NCBI GenBank assembly: GCA_030704615.1 | Contig: CM060734.1 | Coordinates: 50,034,001-50,098,000 of the forward strand | Reading direction: 5' to 3' | Length of the DNA: 64,000 bases | Origin: Takakia lepidozioides | Lineage: Eukaryota; Plantae; Bryophyta | In this document: in pieces, positions 1-10,490 of the stretch | Layout of the letters: each line of letters begins with the position of its first letter | Position numbering within the stretch: the stretch's first letter is position 1 | The notes under the pieces: generated by a model | Database searches by the model: none | Told to the model about the DNA's origin: nothing | The model's input: only the letters and a program-made list of their open reading frames with translations | Program-made: the position numbers and the translations under genes

Positions 1-170
1 GACTTGTGTGAACCAATGGACAGAAGGATTATCCTGCGTTGCGTTCCCTCATTGGATACACGTTCCCCAACTGCGGGAAGGAGGAATGCCACATCTTCGG
101 CCGTTGGATTCTCCGTACAGCTCCAGATGGCAGCGATTGGGAATGGAACGCGCGCCGATGCCGCAGCCAT
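1..170 (-). CDS. Possible 5' end of a divergently transcribed gene (partial, runs off window)
   Basis: ATG at 170 (context gggattATGG) opens MAAASARVPFPIAAIWSCTENPTAEDVAF... with no stop to the window edge. It lies 375 bp upstream of the LPAT ATG. No domain recognised. Confidence 0.25.
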   Translation of the reverse strand, partial: MAAASARVPFPIAAIWSCTENPTAEDVAFLLPAVGERVSNEGTQRRIILLSIGSHK

Positions 171-545
171 AATCCCGGGTTGGTCGTTAGGAACATGTGC
201 GATCGATGAGAGATGGATGAGAACCGGATGAGAACCGGACGAGATCGATGAGGTGTTGTTAGTGTCTTTTTGGTTCAGGGTTCAACTCCAGACAGGATAG
301 CATGATGGAGAATACACGAAGAAGTAGAGGAATATAAAGTAGCGAGTCGACGAGCTTTGTCTGAAAGCAAGCGAGGTGGGAGAGATGGGAGAGACGATCA
401 TGGTGTCTGTGATGTCAGGGCTTGTCGTTTGTCCAGTCATGCTCTCGAGTACTTGAAGGTGTTGGAAAGGGCTCTGGGGTTCTTTGCAGAAATTTTTTTA
501 GAGGAGAGACTGAGGTGGACGAGGAGGAGCAGGCGGACTGGAGCT

Positions 546-3500
546 ATGGAGGGGGGGTTCACCTTCATCGCCCTTCCCCTGGGGCTTATGTTCCTTTTTT
601 CGGGGTTTATCGTCAATGCATTCCAGGTCGTGCATCAGACCATATGCTTGTTGTTCTTGTGTGTTGGAAAAATCTAGGTCTTGGTTTTGGAAATGTTTGG
701 TGCATCCCGTGATTTGTGACGGGAGCCGTCTTTGTGGGCAGATTGTGGGCTTTGACTGGTGGAATTCGTGCAGTTGTTGGCAATGTTGCTGCTGCTGCCG
801 TTTTCAAGAAACGCATACAGGATTGCCAACGTGTGGATGATGGAGGCCCTTTGGTCGCAGCTGGTGTGGATGCTTGATTGGTGGGCAGGTGTTAAGGTCT
901 GACGTCTTCCACTCCTTTCTGGACTGTTCTTGAAAAACTCCTCCCCACTCCTATCTCACCTGGCTCGACCTCTCTATCTCCACCTTCCTCACCGGACCTC
1001 CAGCCAGCCTGGGAACACTCAATTATGCAGGTAATCTTGTTCACTAAGTGCTCGTAACAGAGGTACTGCGGACAGAGTAGTGATAGTGGTTTGGCCATGT
1101 CTGCAGGTGCGCATCTATGCAGATGCAGAGACATGGAAGTATATGGGTAAGTTTGCTGCAACACATATTCTTTACTGTGAGAGGGCTGAATTTTTTTCCA
1201 AATGAAAATCTCACAAGACTGGGAGTTGTCGAATTGGTTCTGCTTGAGGTTTCTTGGATCCAGGGATCTGTTATTTTGGGAAGGCGATCATTCAAAAACA
1301 AGTTCCCCTGAGTCCCCTCTGCTAACACAAAGCTGATGACGGGAGCTTACGGAAAAATCAGTTGTGTTAAGGTATGAATCGCATTGTGCACATTATTGGA
1401 ATGTGGCAGGTACTGAACATGCCCTCGTCATTTGCAACCACCGCAGTGATATCGATTGGCTAGTGGGGTGGGTCCTTGCTCAGGTTCGTGACCTCTCTCC
1501 TCCCCTCTCAATCCTTGCCCACCTTTTCTTAGGCCCTCAAAACTAGGTCTGTGACTACTAACCAAGGTTACTACTTACCCAATTGAGTATCCATACACTG
1601 CTGTTTTACTTTCAACTCTAGGGTTGACCTTCTTATATTGGTATTCCATAGCATTCACAACCAATGTAGACAGTAATTGGAAGGTAGTATTAAGTGGTGC
1701 TGAAGAAATGGACGTTGCTGGAAGCTGACAAGTGAGGGTGGCTGTGTATGTTTGCTGCAGCGCTGTGGATGCCTTGGTGGCACTCGAGCTGTTATGAAGA
1801 AGTCTACCCAGTTTCTGCCGGTCTCCATCTGTCTCTCACAAACTCATTTGCTCTTTGTGGACCTTAGGAAGTTCCTTTCTTTCTTTCTCTGGATGCACTT
1901 TCTTGTTTGCATTTGGCTAGAGAGAAGCTCAATTTTACAAGATGTTGTTGGCTGTAATAGAGCGGCTGTCTTATCCTGCAGGTAGCATGGCTCTTAACGA
2001 CTTTCTTTCATTTTATATTTTGTACTACATAGCACTCTTCTTGTTTGCTCCCTATGGGTATTGATTTGCTCATTGTGAGCAGAGCATTCCAAGTTCTCTC
2101 AACCGAGAAAACCTCATGGGTGGTTCAGGATCTTGATGAGATGCCAAAAGGGTGACAGTGTTGAAAGATTCTGGATCATGGTGGGTTGGCAGGTCCTTGG
2201 CTGGTCCATGTGGTTCTCAGAGTACCTTTTCTTGGCCAGGGATTGGGCCAAGGATGAAAGCACACTTAAGGTGAGGCTTCTCTCTGCAGCTCAGTAATCC
2301 TTCTGTCTTTAGTCATGAGGGAAACCTTGTGTCTGTCTGATATTAGACGTTAAAGTGGACTCCTGATGAGTTCAAGGACGAGTAAGGTAATAGTAAATGA
2401 CACAGCATGGATTATTGCAGGGAGGATTTGAGCGATTGGATGGGTTCCCTCGGCCCCTGTGGGTAGCTCTCTTTGTGGAGGGCACCCGGTTTACAAAAGC
2501 GAAGCTAGTGGCAGCTCAGGAGTATGCTGCTTCTGTTGGGAGGCGCATTCCTCAGAATGTGCTCATTCCCCGGACTAAGGCAAGTCCTTCTTCTCCTCTC
2601 TATATATTGTCTATTATCAGCTACTGTATTTTAAGGCCTTGAAGCCAGACCAACCTGCCAAGCAGGCCAATTCTTGGCTGCAGCAGAGGATAGATGAAAT
2701 GGTTGAGTCCTGCAACATCTCAAGACCCATACCTCTGATCGTCTCATCTGTAAGACTTTTCTGTTTCCCAGATGTGCCTTTCTGTTCATTACCGCTGGAT
2801 GTAATTCTTCCCAGATGGACAATGATGTCAGAATGGGATTGCAGTTCTCTCAAAGTGAAGGAAATTATAAGTGCAAGATTGAGGTCTACTGTAGAAAGGC
2901 ATTCCTCTTACAAAGAAAGAACTACAAGGAGAGACACAGATTTGCCAGTGATTCTTTCTTGCTCATTGCAATGGGTTGCAGGGGTTTGTATCTGCAGTTC
3001 AGAACCTGCGTGGGTTTGTGCCAGCTGTATATGATATTACAGTCGCAATCTCCAAGGATGCGCAGGATCCGACCATGTTACGAATACTCAAGGGTCAGCC
3101 GTCAGTGGTAGGAATGGCAAAAAATTGTTTAACCTTCTTTCTCAAGGCACCATGTTGACCTAAAAATAGTGCTTGGTGACTTGCACTCGAGAAGGGAGCA
3201 ATAATTTAGAGGGGCTAGAGAGTATGTGACAGGTATTGGACAACATGCTTATGAGTAGGCTATTTACTGGTAAATGTCTTCGACTTTAAACAGTGGGAGT
3301 CTTGTACTGGCACATATCTGTTTCCGCTTTTGGGACTAATGAAGAGCTGGAGTTTGACCACTTTATCCCCCTCTTACCCCTAAACAGAAAAGAGTTGGGA
3401 TTTTGCTGACAGCATGGGGTATGTTATGGGCAGGTCCATGTCTATGCTAGGCGGGTGCCTATGGAGGAGCTCCCACAGTCGGAGGAAGGATTAGCAGAGT

Positions 3501-5460
3501 GGTGCCGAGAGGCTTTCCATACTAAGGTGCTTTTTAATCTGGCATCTAATTTGTCACCAGGTCATGATAAGACCTGCAATATTAGTCAGTACTCATACTA
3601 CCATCCTAGCATCCATATATCGGCACCAGTATTATGAATGTTCTTCCCCTGTGTCTTCCCCTGTATCTGTCTCTTGAGGCTGAGGACCTTAAGGATGATC
3701 TCAAGGGCCTACCCTCAGCACTAGACCGAAATCTCAGGAAGCCTACCTTTCAAAAGTAACCAAATGCAGAGAGGAAGAGGAGATTGAAATGGCCCGATGT
3801 GTGGGCCGCCTGAAGACAATATCCATTTTCTGATACATTGTCGGGGATATTGTCATCAGAGAGTGGCCCCTCCTCAGGAAGATCAAGAACATTGTCCCAG
3901 CACCTCTGTTCAATTGCTGGGCAGCTTGCTTGAGTGAAGGGCTTTCTAGAGGAAACTGGAAAACCCGAACTAGTGGTCTCTCCCATGGTATGCCACACTA
4001 CTGGAGTGAGCCCCTTATAAAGGTAGCTACTTTTCCCTTTTGTTCCGCTGAAAGCGTGCGCAGGGTCTATGGCCACAAGGTTATGGCAAGCAACGTCTTA
4101 TTACTATATTCTATCTCTGTCTCTGTGCAGTGTTGAAATGCACATGCTGTCTGGTCTGCTGTGAATGGCAGCTCTCAACTAACAGCTGAATTCTTCAATT
4201 GCTGATACTGTACATGAGGGGTTCGATGATTTCTGGCGGTCTCGTATCCTGGCTGATTTCGTCTCCTGATTGGTGCACATGGAGCATAGTGAATGGTTTA
4301 AAGACCTAATTATATTCTTGCAATTAAGTATAACACCTCTTTTGTGGTCAAAGCATATCTCATTAAAGGAAAAAATTCAGTACACCCTGATGCTACGGGT
4401 TTACATGTGTGATTGGATATTATGGATGGAGTGGAACAGGACACAATGTTGGAACAGCATGGAAAGGAGAATACATTCGGAGAGGAGATGTATATACCCG
4501 TCCCACGGTCTATCCTTCCCCTTGTTGTAAGTCATGTCACCTTGTTTGGAGCTTTATGAATCCTCAGCATGTATCCACCTATCCATGTATACATCTATCT
4601 CTCATGAATACAATATCATCCCATTCTGGCAACTGAGTAACAGTGCTGTCATCGTGACATATGCCAGCTTTGTTGGAATGGTGGCTAAATAAGCAGTGCT
4701 GGAATCAACTATCTTGGCAAGAGCACTATGGCAGTTTGGGCTGATGAGTTCCCATACTCACGAGAGCAGTTACCCACAGCTGTTTGGGACGGTTGATATT
4801 CCATTGGTGCTATGTTGTATGTCATAGTCAATGCTCAAGATACGGGTCATTCTGTGGTGGGTGAGAGAACAGCATGATACTATGTAGGGATGTCAATGGT
4901 AGTAATCGTTGGGCAGGCCTGCGGGTGTGTGTATGGATGGAATGCAGATTGTAATTTGCTGGGCGAGCTTATTGCTGACAGCAGCCGCATGGTTGCTATG
5001 GCCTGTGTTGTCCACTTGGCAAGGGATTGCATGGGTCAGCGGCGGTCTCCTTGTAGCAGTTATGTTGATTCAGGTTGGGGTTTCCTATACAGATTTCTGT
5101 TTTGCTCACTCTCTTCTGGTTGCCTTTCCCCTTACCTTCTACCCACCCAAGAGATAGGGGAGTGTGTGTGATTTCCATAGCCTTGTTACCATGGATGTTG
5201 TGCCTAGCTTTTGTAGACCCGGAAAGGGTGGAGTAGGAGGGCATTATGAGAAGAGAAAAGCCTATTCAGTTCGTCTGCAAACCTCTCAGATTCTGTTATG
5301 CTCGAACCAAAGAATTCCAATTCTGTTAACTCAAATCTTCTTGTGAGTGGCGCAGGTGCTAGTCATGTCATCTCAATCGGAACGAAGTACAGATCCAGCA
5401 GCCAAGCGAAATAAGCTCACACACCCAGCTGCTGTGTCTGATGAGCGAAAACAAAACTAA
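546..5460 (+). CDS. LPAT2: 1-acyl-sn-glycerol-3-phosphate acyltransferase (ER LPAT2/LPAAT type), 12 exons, 383 aa
   Basis: Exons 546-626, 774-896, 1107-1146, 1410-1483, 1761-1820, 2193-2270, 2421-2579, 2982-3107, 3434-3526, 4440-4526, 4948-5073, 5356-5460 join in frame (1152 nt). Acyltransferase motifs [25 protein letters not shown] and SSQSERST are present, and the sequence is colinear with Arabidopsis LPAT2 as recalled. All introns are GT-AG except intron 7 (GC-AG). Confidence 0.95.
3935..4125 (+). mobile_element. Two short dispersed repeats inside LPAT intron 9 (about 85-bp mini-MITE plus retro-type 3' end)
   Basis: 3935-4018 (GTGAAGGGCT..GAAAACCCGAACTA..GAGCCCCTT) matches 41220-41290 and 41383-41460. 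4055-4125 (GGGTCTATGGCCACAAGGTTATGGCAAGCAACGTCTTA) matches 41045-41120 and the reverse of 58745-58819. Confidence 0.6.
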
Positions 5461-6568
5461 GGGTGACCTCCCTCAGCAATCTCATCACTCTCGCCATCTG
5501 GAAAGTTGTACTCTTTAGGTCTGTTTGTTGCAGCCTTGTCATTGACACCCTGGGCTCATTTTACATATAGAGATTTTCTGTAGTAATAAACCAAACAGCT
5601 GTATTGGACAAGTTACCCATGGGTTTCATCCACCCTTTGATTTGCGCATGTGGGTATTTTTTCTTGTGATTACCAATCTTAAGTGCGATTAGAATGGACC
5701 ATTTTGAACCAAACAACTAATTTTTTCAAATTGCCAATGTGTGACCATCCCTTGGGACAGTACCATGGCTTCGCATTGAAGCTCAATGTGCAGCGTCAGT
5801 AAATTTATTCTCACTCTCTGCTTGTACTACAGTAAACTGGCCGGGGAGCAATACAGTCATTTTATATTCTAGAAAAACCCAATTTGCTATGTTTCATGAA
5901 AGTCCAGTGACAAAAAACGAGGATGCACCCTACCCATTGAGGGCTTTCCAGCAGCGGTATCAAGACCCCTTCATCTTAGCTCCCCACTAGGGTAGCTGGT
6001 GGCCCAGTGTCCAGTTCATCTAATTCCAAGTGCAATGCCCTATGTATACAGAGACCCTCATGTTTGGGAGATCTGGGCCTAGGATAGCCTGTGCCATTGG
6101 CACATGTGTTAAGAATTGAAATCTAAGCCCATGTGTAATCCCCTATGTATCCAAGTGCCTCTCCTATGTCAAGGGCCATGTATGAAGAATTGAATCTAAG
6201 CCCAAGTGCAATTTCCTATGCCCAAGTTCTTATCCCATGTAGCGGCCCAAATGCGACCGCCAGTCCAATGTAATCAAAGTCCCTGTCCATCCAGAGACCT
6301 TGCAGTCTGGGAGATTTCCTCCAACAAAGCCTACTTTGCTAATTTTGCAATCTCCCGTGTCAAGGCTTTGTATATTGATATATCCACTTTGCTGTTTTTT
6401 GTGCGAATTTTCAGAGACCAAAAGTACTTGAATTTCCAAATTTCCCACATGAAGGGCCAGTCACAGTTCCAGGAAAGCTCACTTTGCTAATTTTCTCGAT
6501 TTTTCAGAGTCCCAATGTACTTGAATTCCCATATCTGGTCCAAAAATCATGAGACCAAGCCCGGGCCT

Positions 6569-6646
6569 CCTTCATCGAGGGCTTTCCTTCATCGAGGGCT
6601 TTCCAACCCTTCATCGAGGGCTTTCCTTCATCGAGGGCTTTCCAAC
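6569..6646. repeat. Nested tandem repeat [(CCTTCATCGAGGGCTTT)2 CCAAC]2
   Basis: Four exact 17-bp units arranged as two exact 39-bp blocks. Confidence 0.9.
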
Positions 6647-9544
6647 GGCACCCGGGGGCTGGGACCCCGCGGTTTGGAAGATCTCAACAACGCTACAAAA
6701 CAAAACAAACGAATGTACTTCTCACTTCATATATTGATTGTGGTTCTATGGAAGGTTCCCCCATTATACTTCCTAATGGCCTCCAAGAGGTTATTTTTTC
6801 CTCATGTCTTTTTTATTTCTGTTTGTTAACTTGATTATAAGGGCTCCGTCCCCTTTCTCTTTAAAAAATAAAATAAACACTCTTCTTGGATGCCTTCCAG
6901 CTTGGGAGATCTTAATGACAATCCAAAGAAAACAAAACAAACTACCAAACTTAAATGTAACTTACACAAACTTGTGATGAGCTTCAAATGTCATTTCTCG
7001 AAGGAAAAACTGTTTATGTACATTGCCGGATTCAAACAAGCGACATGAAGATACATTTCAGCCCTGGAGGGACCATCTACCAAAGAAAAACCCTACTACA
7101 ATAAAACCTTACAGGCATGACTAACGTCCACAGAAAGGTTTTGATAGTCGTGACTTCCTCCTCATCTCGGTCGTTCGTAGACAGCATGTGTGGATTGAAT
7201 AATTATTTTGCATCTACTAGATAATTTCTTTCCATTTCTTTTGTCTCCCAAGCAATCGATTGCAGTTTTGACAAGAGTCGATTCTACAAGCGTGTTGTTC
7301 ATCTGAAAATAAAACAAAAGACGTTCAAGACGTTCAAATTTCAGACCAGTAATTTAGTAATTTCGACTGAGCATCTTCAAAGCTTCGTCCACACAGAATG
7401 TTTCCTTTTGAAGTGACAGGGTGTTATAACGACAAGCATATCTAATATCTTAGAAAAAACGACAATGATTTCACCGTTGCAGGCGACGATAATAAGCTTC
7501 TTTCGAAACCGTTAGCAATGAAATTCCTGTAGTAAAGACACAATGTCCACATATTTAAGAATCTTCACCTTGGTGGATACTTCACACGCAGTTGTCCTGG
7601 TACGAGCAGTAAGTAGCAGCCATTAATACCCATATAAGAAGAGCACACATCGATTCAAGTCAAGATGCAGCTGAAATGAAATCATGTATCTAGAAGGTTC
7701 CTCTGCAGCAACAGAGCGGGGATCGAAATTTGATGGTCTCGTCGACACTGCAATGAGATTCAAGATGCATAAATGCTGTTCAGAAATATGGGTGATCCTG
7801 TATCACTCAAGTGTTATACAGGATGCTTCATTGATTTTTGCTTCACAGCAGACAAGGGTAGATCTGCTGCTATGTCACCCCAGTAGCTCAAGATGGGAAA
7901 CACCTGCACCCCTACACAATTTATACTTTCGTGACCACTCGGTCACCAAGAGTGCCCACATGCTTCTAGCTTTGAATCCAACTACCCTGTGGGGTGTAGT
8001 ACAATATTCTTCCCCTCGTGCTTGGAACCTCATGGCTATATTCTCCAATCAGTATGATTAAGGAACAGTCGTTTCACAGTACTTTCACTCTTCAAAGGGA
8101 ACTGGTTTCATCAATATGGCTAGGGCGTATGGTGCAAATACTTCAAATAGCGTACACATACACAACTCGTACAAGTGAAGCCACAGTTCAATATGTCAAG
8201 CTGATTGCACTCTCTAGGACATCTATATGACTCCGACATGAGAAAAAAAACGTAAAATAAAGGTTGAGCTTGAGGTCCACTGACTTCAATTTTCCTTGAG
8301 AATCGAAAGGACTACATCTCTTACCGTCAAGAGCAGTCATACCTACCCGAATACAATCCAATCCAAACTAAAGAGTGCGAGTTCAACGGAGGTGTTGTAC
8401 CTTCACCTAACGGAATGGTTATGAAGAGAACACGGGGGATCAAGAAATACACCAAAACAGACTGAGCTTAAAGAGGCACAAAACCGCCATGGAGGGAATT
8501 CAAAAACTCGTTTTGATATCCATGCTATGACTATTTCCATTGAAGTCCCAACAGATCATCTTCTCTGGGTCAGATGCAAACCCACCTCCATCAAAAAAAT
8601 CATTCTCGATTAACTGTTTTCCCCACACCTCACTTTCAGAGGCTGAAAGGAATAACGAGAATTAGAAGACTGAGGAGAAAACTTAGAATTGCACCCCATA
8701 TTACAGTATGCCAGCATACAACATTTTTCCTGTTACCATCAAGTACACATTTTGAGAAATAGAACAAACCTCATCCAGGAGAAACGACGTCCGGCCATTT
8801 CAGGAAACACCAAAACCATACCTCTGTTTACTTGGCTTCAGAGACGAGTGAAGCACAAGCTGGATGGTTTGGCAGAACGACGTTAAAGCAACACACAGCA
8901 GATTATCAATGAGGGTTGTTGGCCACATCCTCAGACTCATGATCGACAATGCCGTACCATCAATACCGATCGACAACAGTCAGGTAATAAGAGCCGATTA
9001 TTAAACAACCTTCTACAGTTAACCCTTCTACCTACGGACAATGCAATCTGAGACAAGACCGTTCAACGGTTCAATCCAAGGCGGCAACTTGGCTGTAAAT
9101 CGACTGTTCCATATCTATTGCCACACTTGAGGGACCCCTAACTGCTCCAATTGCATTAAAAATTCCCATTTTCAGACTCAACATGATCCACCCCAGAGAT
9201 AACTGGACAGGCATTTCCCCTATACAGCAAGTTCTGGAGTAGACTACGACAGATACTGTGACCCTTTATCAAATCCCTCTATCTCTCCCATCAGATGTAG
9301 AGCAGCTGACATCACATCGGAGCCATATAGCCTGCACCCCCCAGCGACCAAAATGTGCAAAAGGGAAACAGGCTTGTGTGGGATCCTGGACATTAAGCAT
9401 ATTGTGCCAGGCTCAACTACATCTGAGGTCCTACTGTGTTGCTCCACTGTGCTCAGCTCCTTCGAGCATTGGCGGTGCATCCTACGAGCTACACCAACAC
9501 CATCAACCTCTCCAATGGTTGATCCACACACAACATCATGACCA

Positions 9545-9692
9545 TCATCATCAACATATGCAGCCTGTAGAAACACCTCAAGAGGTTGATGTCAGTTGCT
9601 ATAAAGTGAGCCAACCGAAAACACTAACAGTGAAACTCAACTTCACATCAAAGACTTGAGATGTTTCTACAGTCTAGATATATTAACGGCGA
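9545..9692 (-). ncRNA. MIR537: pre-miRNA hairpin, miR537 family; mature 9581-9561 UUGAGGUGUUUCUACAGGCUG, star 9674-9654 GACUGUAGAAACAUCUCAAGU
   Basis: Long fold-back: CUGUAGAAACAUCUCAAG pairs with CUUGAGGUGUUUCUACAG, with a U-G pair that exists only on the - strand. Upper and lower stems extend it, and the 21-nt duplex has 2-nt 3' overhangs. The mature arm differs only at the last base from Physcomitrium miR537 as I recall it (UUGAGGUGUUUCUACAGGCUA). Confidence 0.85.
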
Positions 9693-9780
9693 CATTCCAT
9701 TCCTCGCAGACACCCGAAGATGAGGACGACAGCCTTCTCAACCACTGGACGAGCATAGGAGAATCTTCAGGATCTGCCAT
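9667..9780 (-). CDS. Candidate miPEP-like short ORF, 37 aa (MADPEDSPMLVQWLRRLSSSSSGVCEEWNVAVNISRL)
   Basis: First ATG after the leader intron, in good context (gaaATGG). The TAG at 9669-9667 lies within the miRNA star arm. Translation is not demonstrated. Confidence 0.25.
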   Translation of the reverse strand: MADPEDSPMLVQWLRRLSSSSSGVCEEWNVAVNISRL

Positions 9781-10179
9781 TTCTGATATCAAACAAACCC
9801 GTGCTTATCCGGCGAACGCCTGAAATACACTCCAGGACCCGATCAATCGATCAATCCATCCCCGAAAAGAACAGATTCAGAAGAGCCTCAAAAGCCTCAA
9901 AAGAAAGATCAAATCATTCCTCTCTCAACGCACCCCTCGTCCAGCTAACAAGACCTCAGATCTGAACGACGACAAGCCCTCTAAAACCCTCGGAAGGACG
10001 AGCAACACGGATCGCCATATCTCCCACTAAGAGTTCAAACCACGACACGACACATATCATCCGCTTCCAAACAGAGAGCCAGCCTTTCCTCCACACATGC
10101 CACTCTCCTCCTCCCAGCGAGGCCACCATCGCCACATTCCTTGCTACCAAAAGTGCAGCAGCTGCTTCTACTCATATCC

Positions 10180-10490
10180 CGAACGCGGCGCGCTGTCACG
10201 ATATTTCCACCTCAATTTGAAGACCTAGTTTTCCGGGCAGCCCGGGAAAAGCAAAAGCCCGTCGAGGCATGTGCGGCCTCCACGTGGACTGTCGGAGCTC
10301 CCCACTGTCCAACTTCCACCGGACAAAACCGTATACTGACCGGGTCCACCCGGTCACTCCCGTTCCCCTTACTCGCTCCCACCGTGCCCTTGGTTCCCGA
10401 TTTTCTGTTCATGGCAGGGGGGCAGCTATCCAATAAGGATTTCAGGATCTTCCGAGATAAGACGGTGATACACAGAATCTCCAATCAATG
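10180..10490. promoter_or_regulatory. Putative promoter of the pri-miRNA
   Basis: CpG-rich. Contains a G-box CCACGTGG (10280), palindromes TTTTCCGGGCAGCCCGGGAAAA and TGACCGGGT-CC-ACCCGGTCA (10337-10356), and CCAAT and GATAAG motifs. Confidence 0.4.

Larger units (their letters stand above)
6960..10170 (-). ncRNA. Putative spliced primary miRNA transcript (pri-miR537); ends approximate
   Basis: No long ORF. GT-AG leader intron at 9933-9820 (GGG|GTGCGT ... GTATTTCAG|GC) and a strong acceptor near 7303 (TTTTGTTTTATTTTCAG). Contains the miR537-like hairpin and has a promoter-like region upstream. Confidence 0.55.

Noticed and set aside
2363-2383. Hammerhead-like CTGATGAG-TTCAAGGAC-GAGT in LPAT intron 6
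   Set aside because: The required GAAA is GAGT, and no stems I/III or cleavage triplet can be formed.
6515-6829. ORFs with repeated peptide SSRAFLHRGLSN
   Set aside because: A by-product of the 39-bp DNA duplication, with no gene structure.
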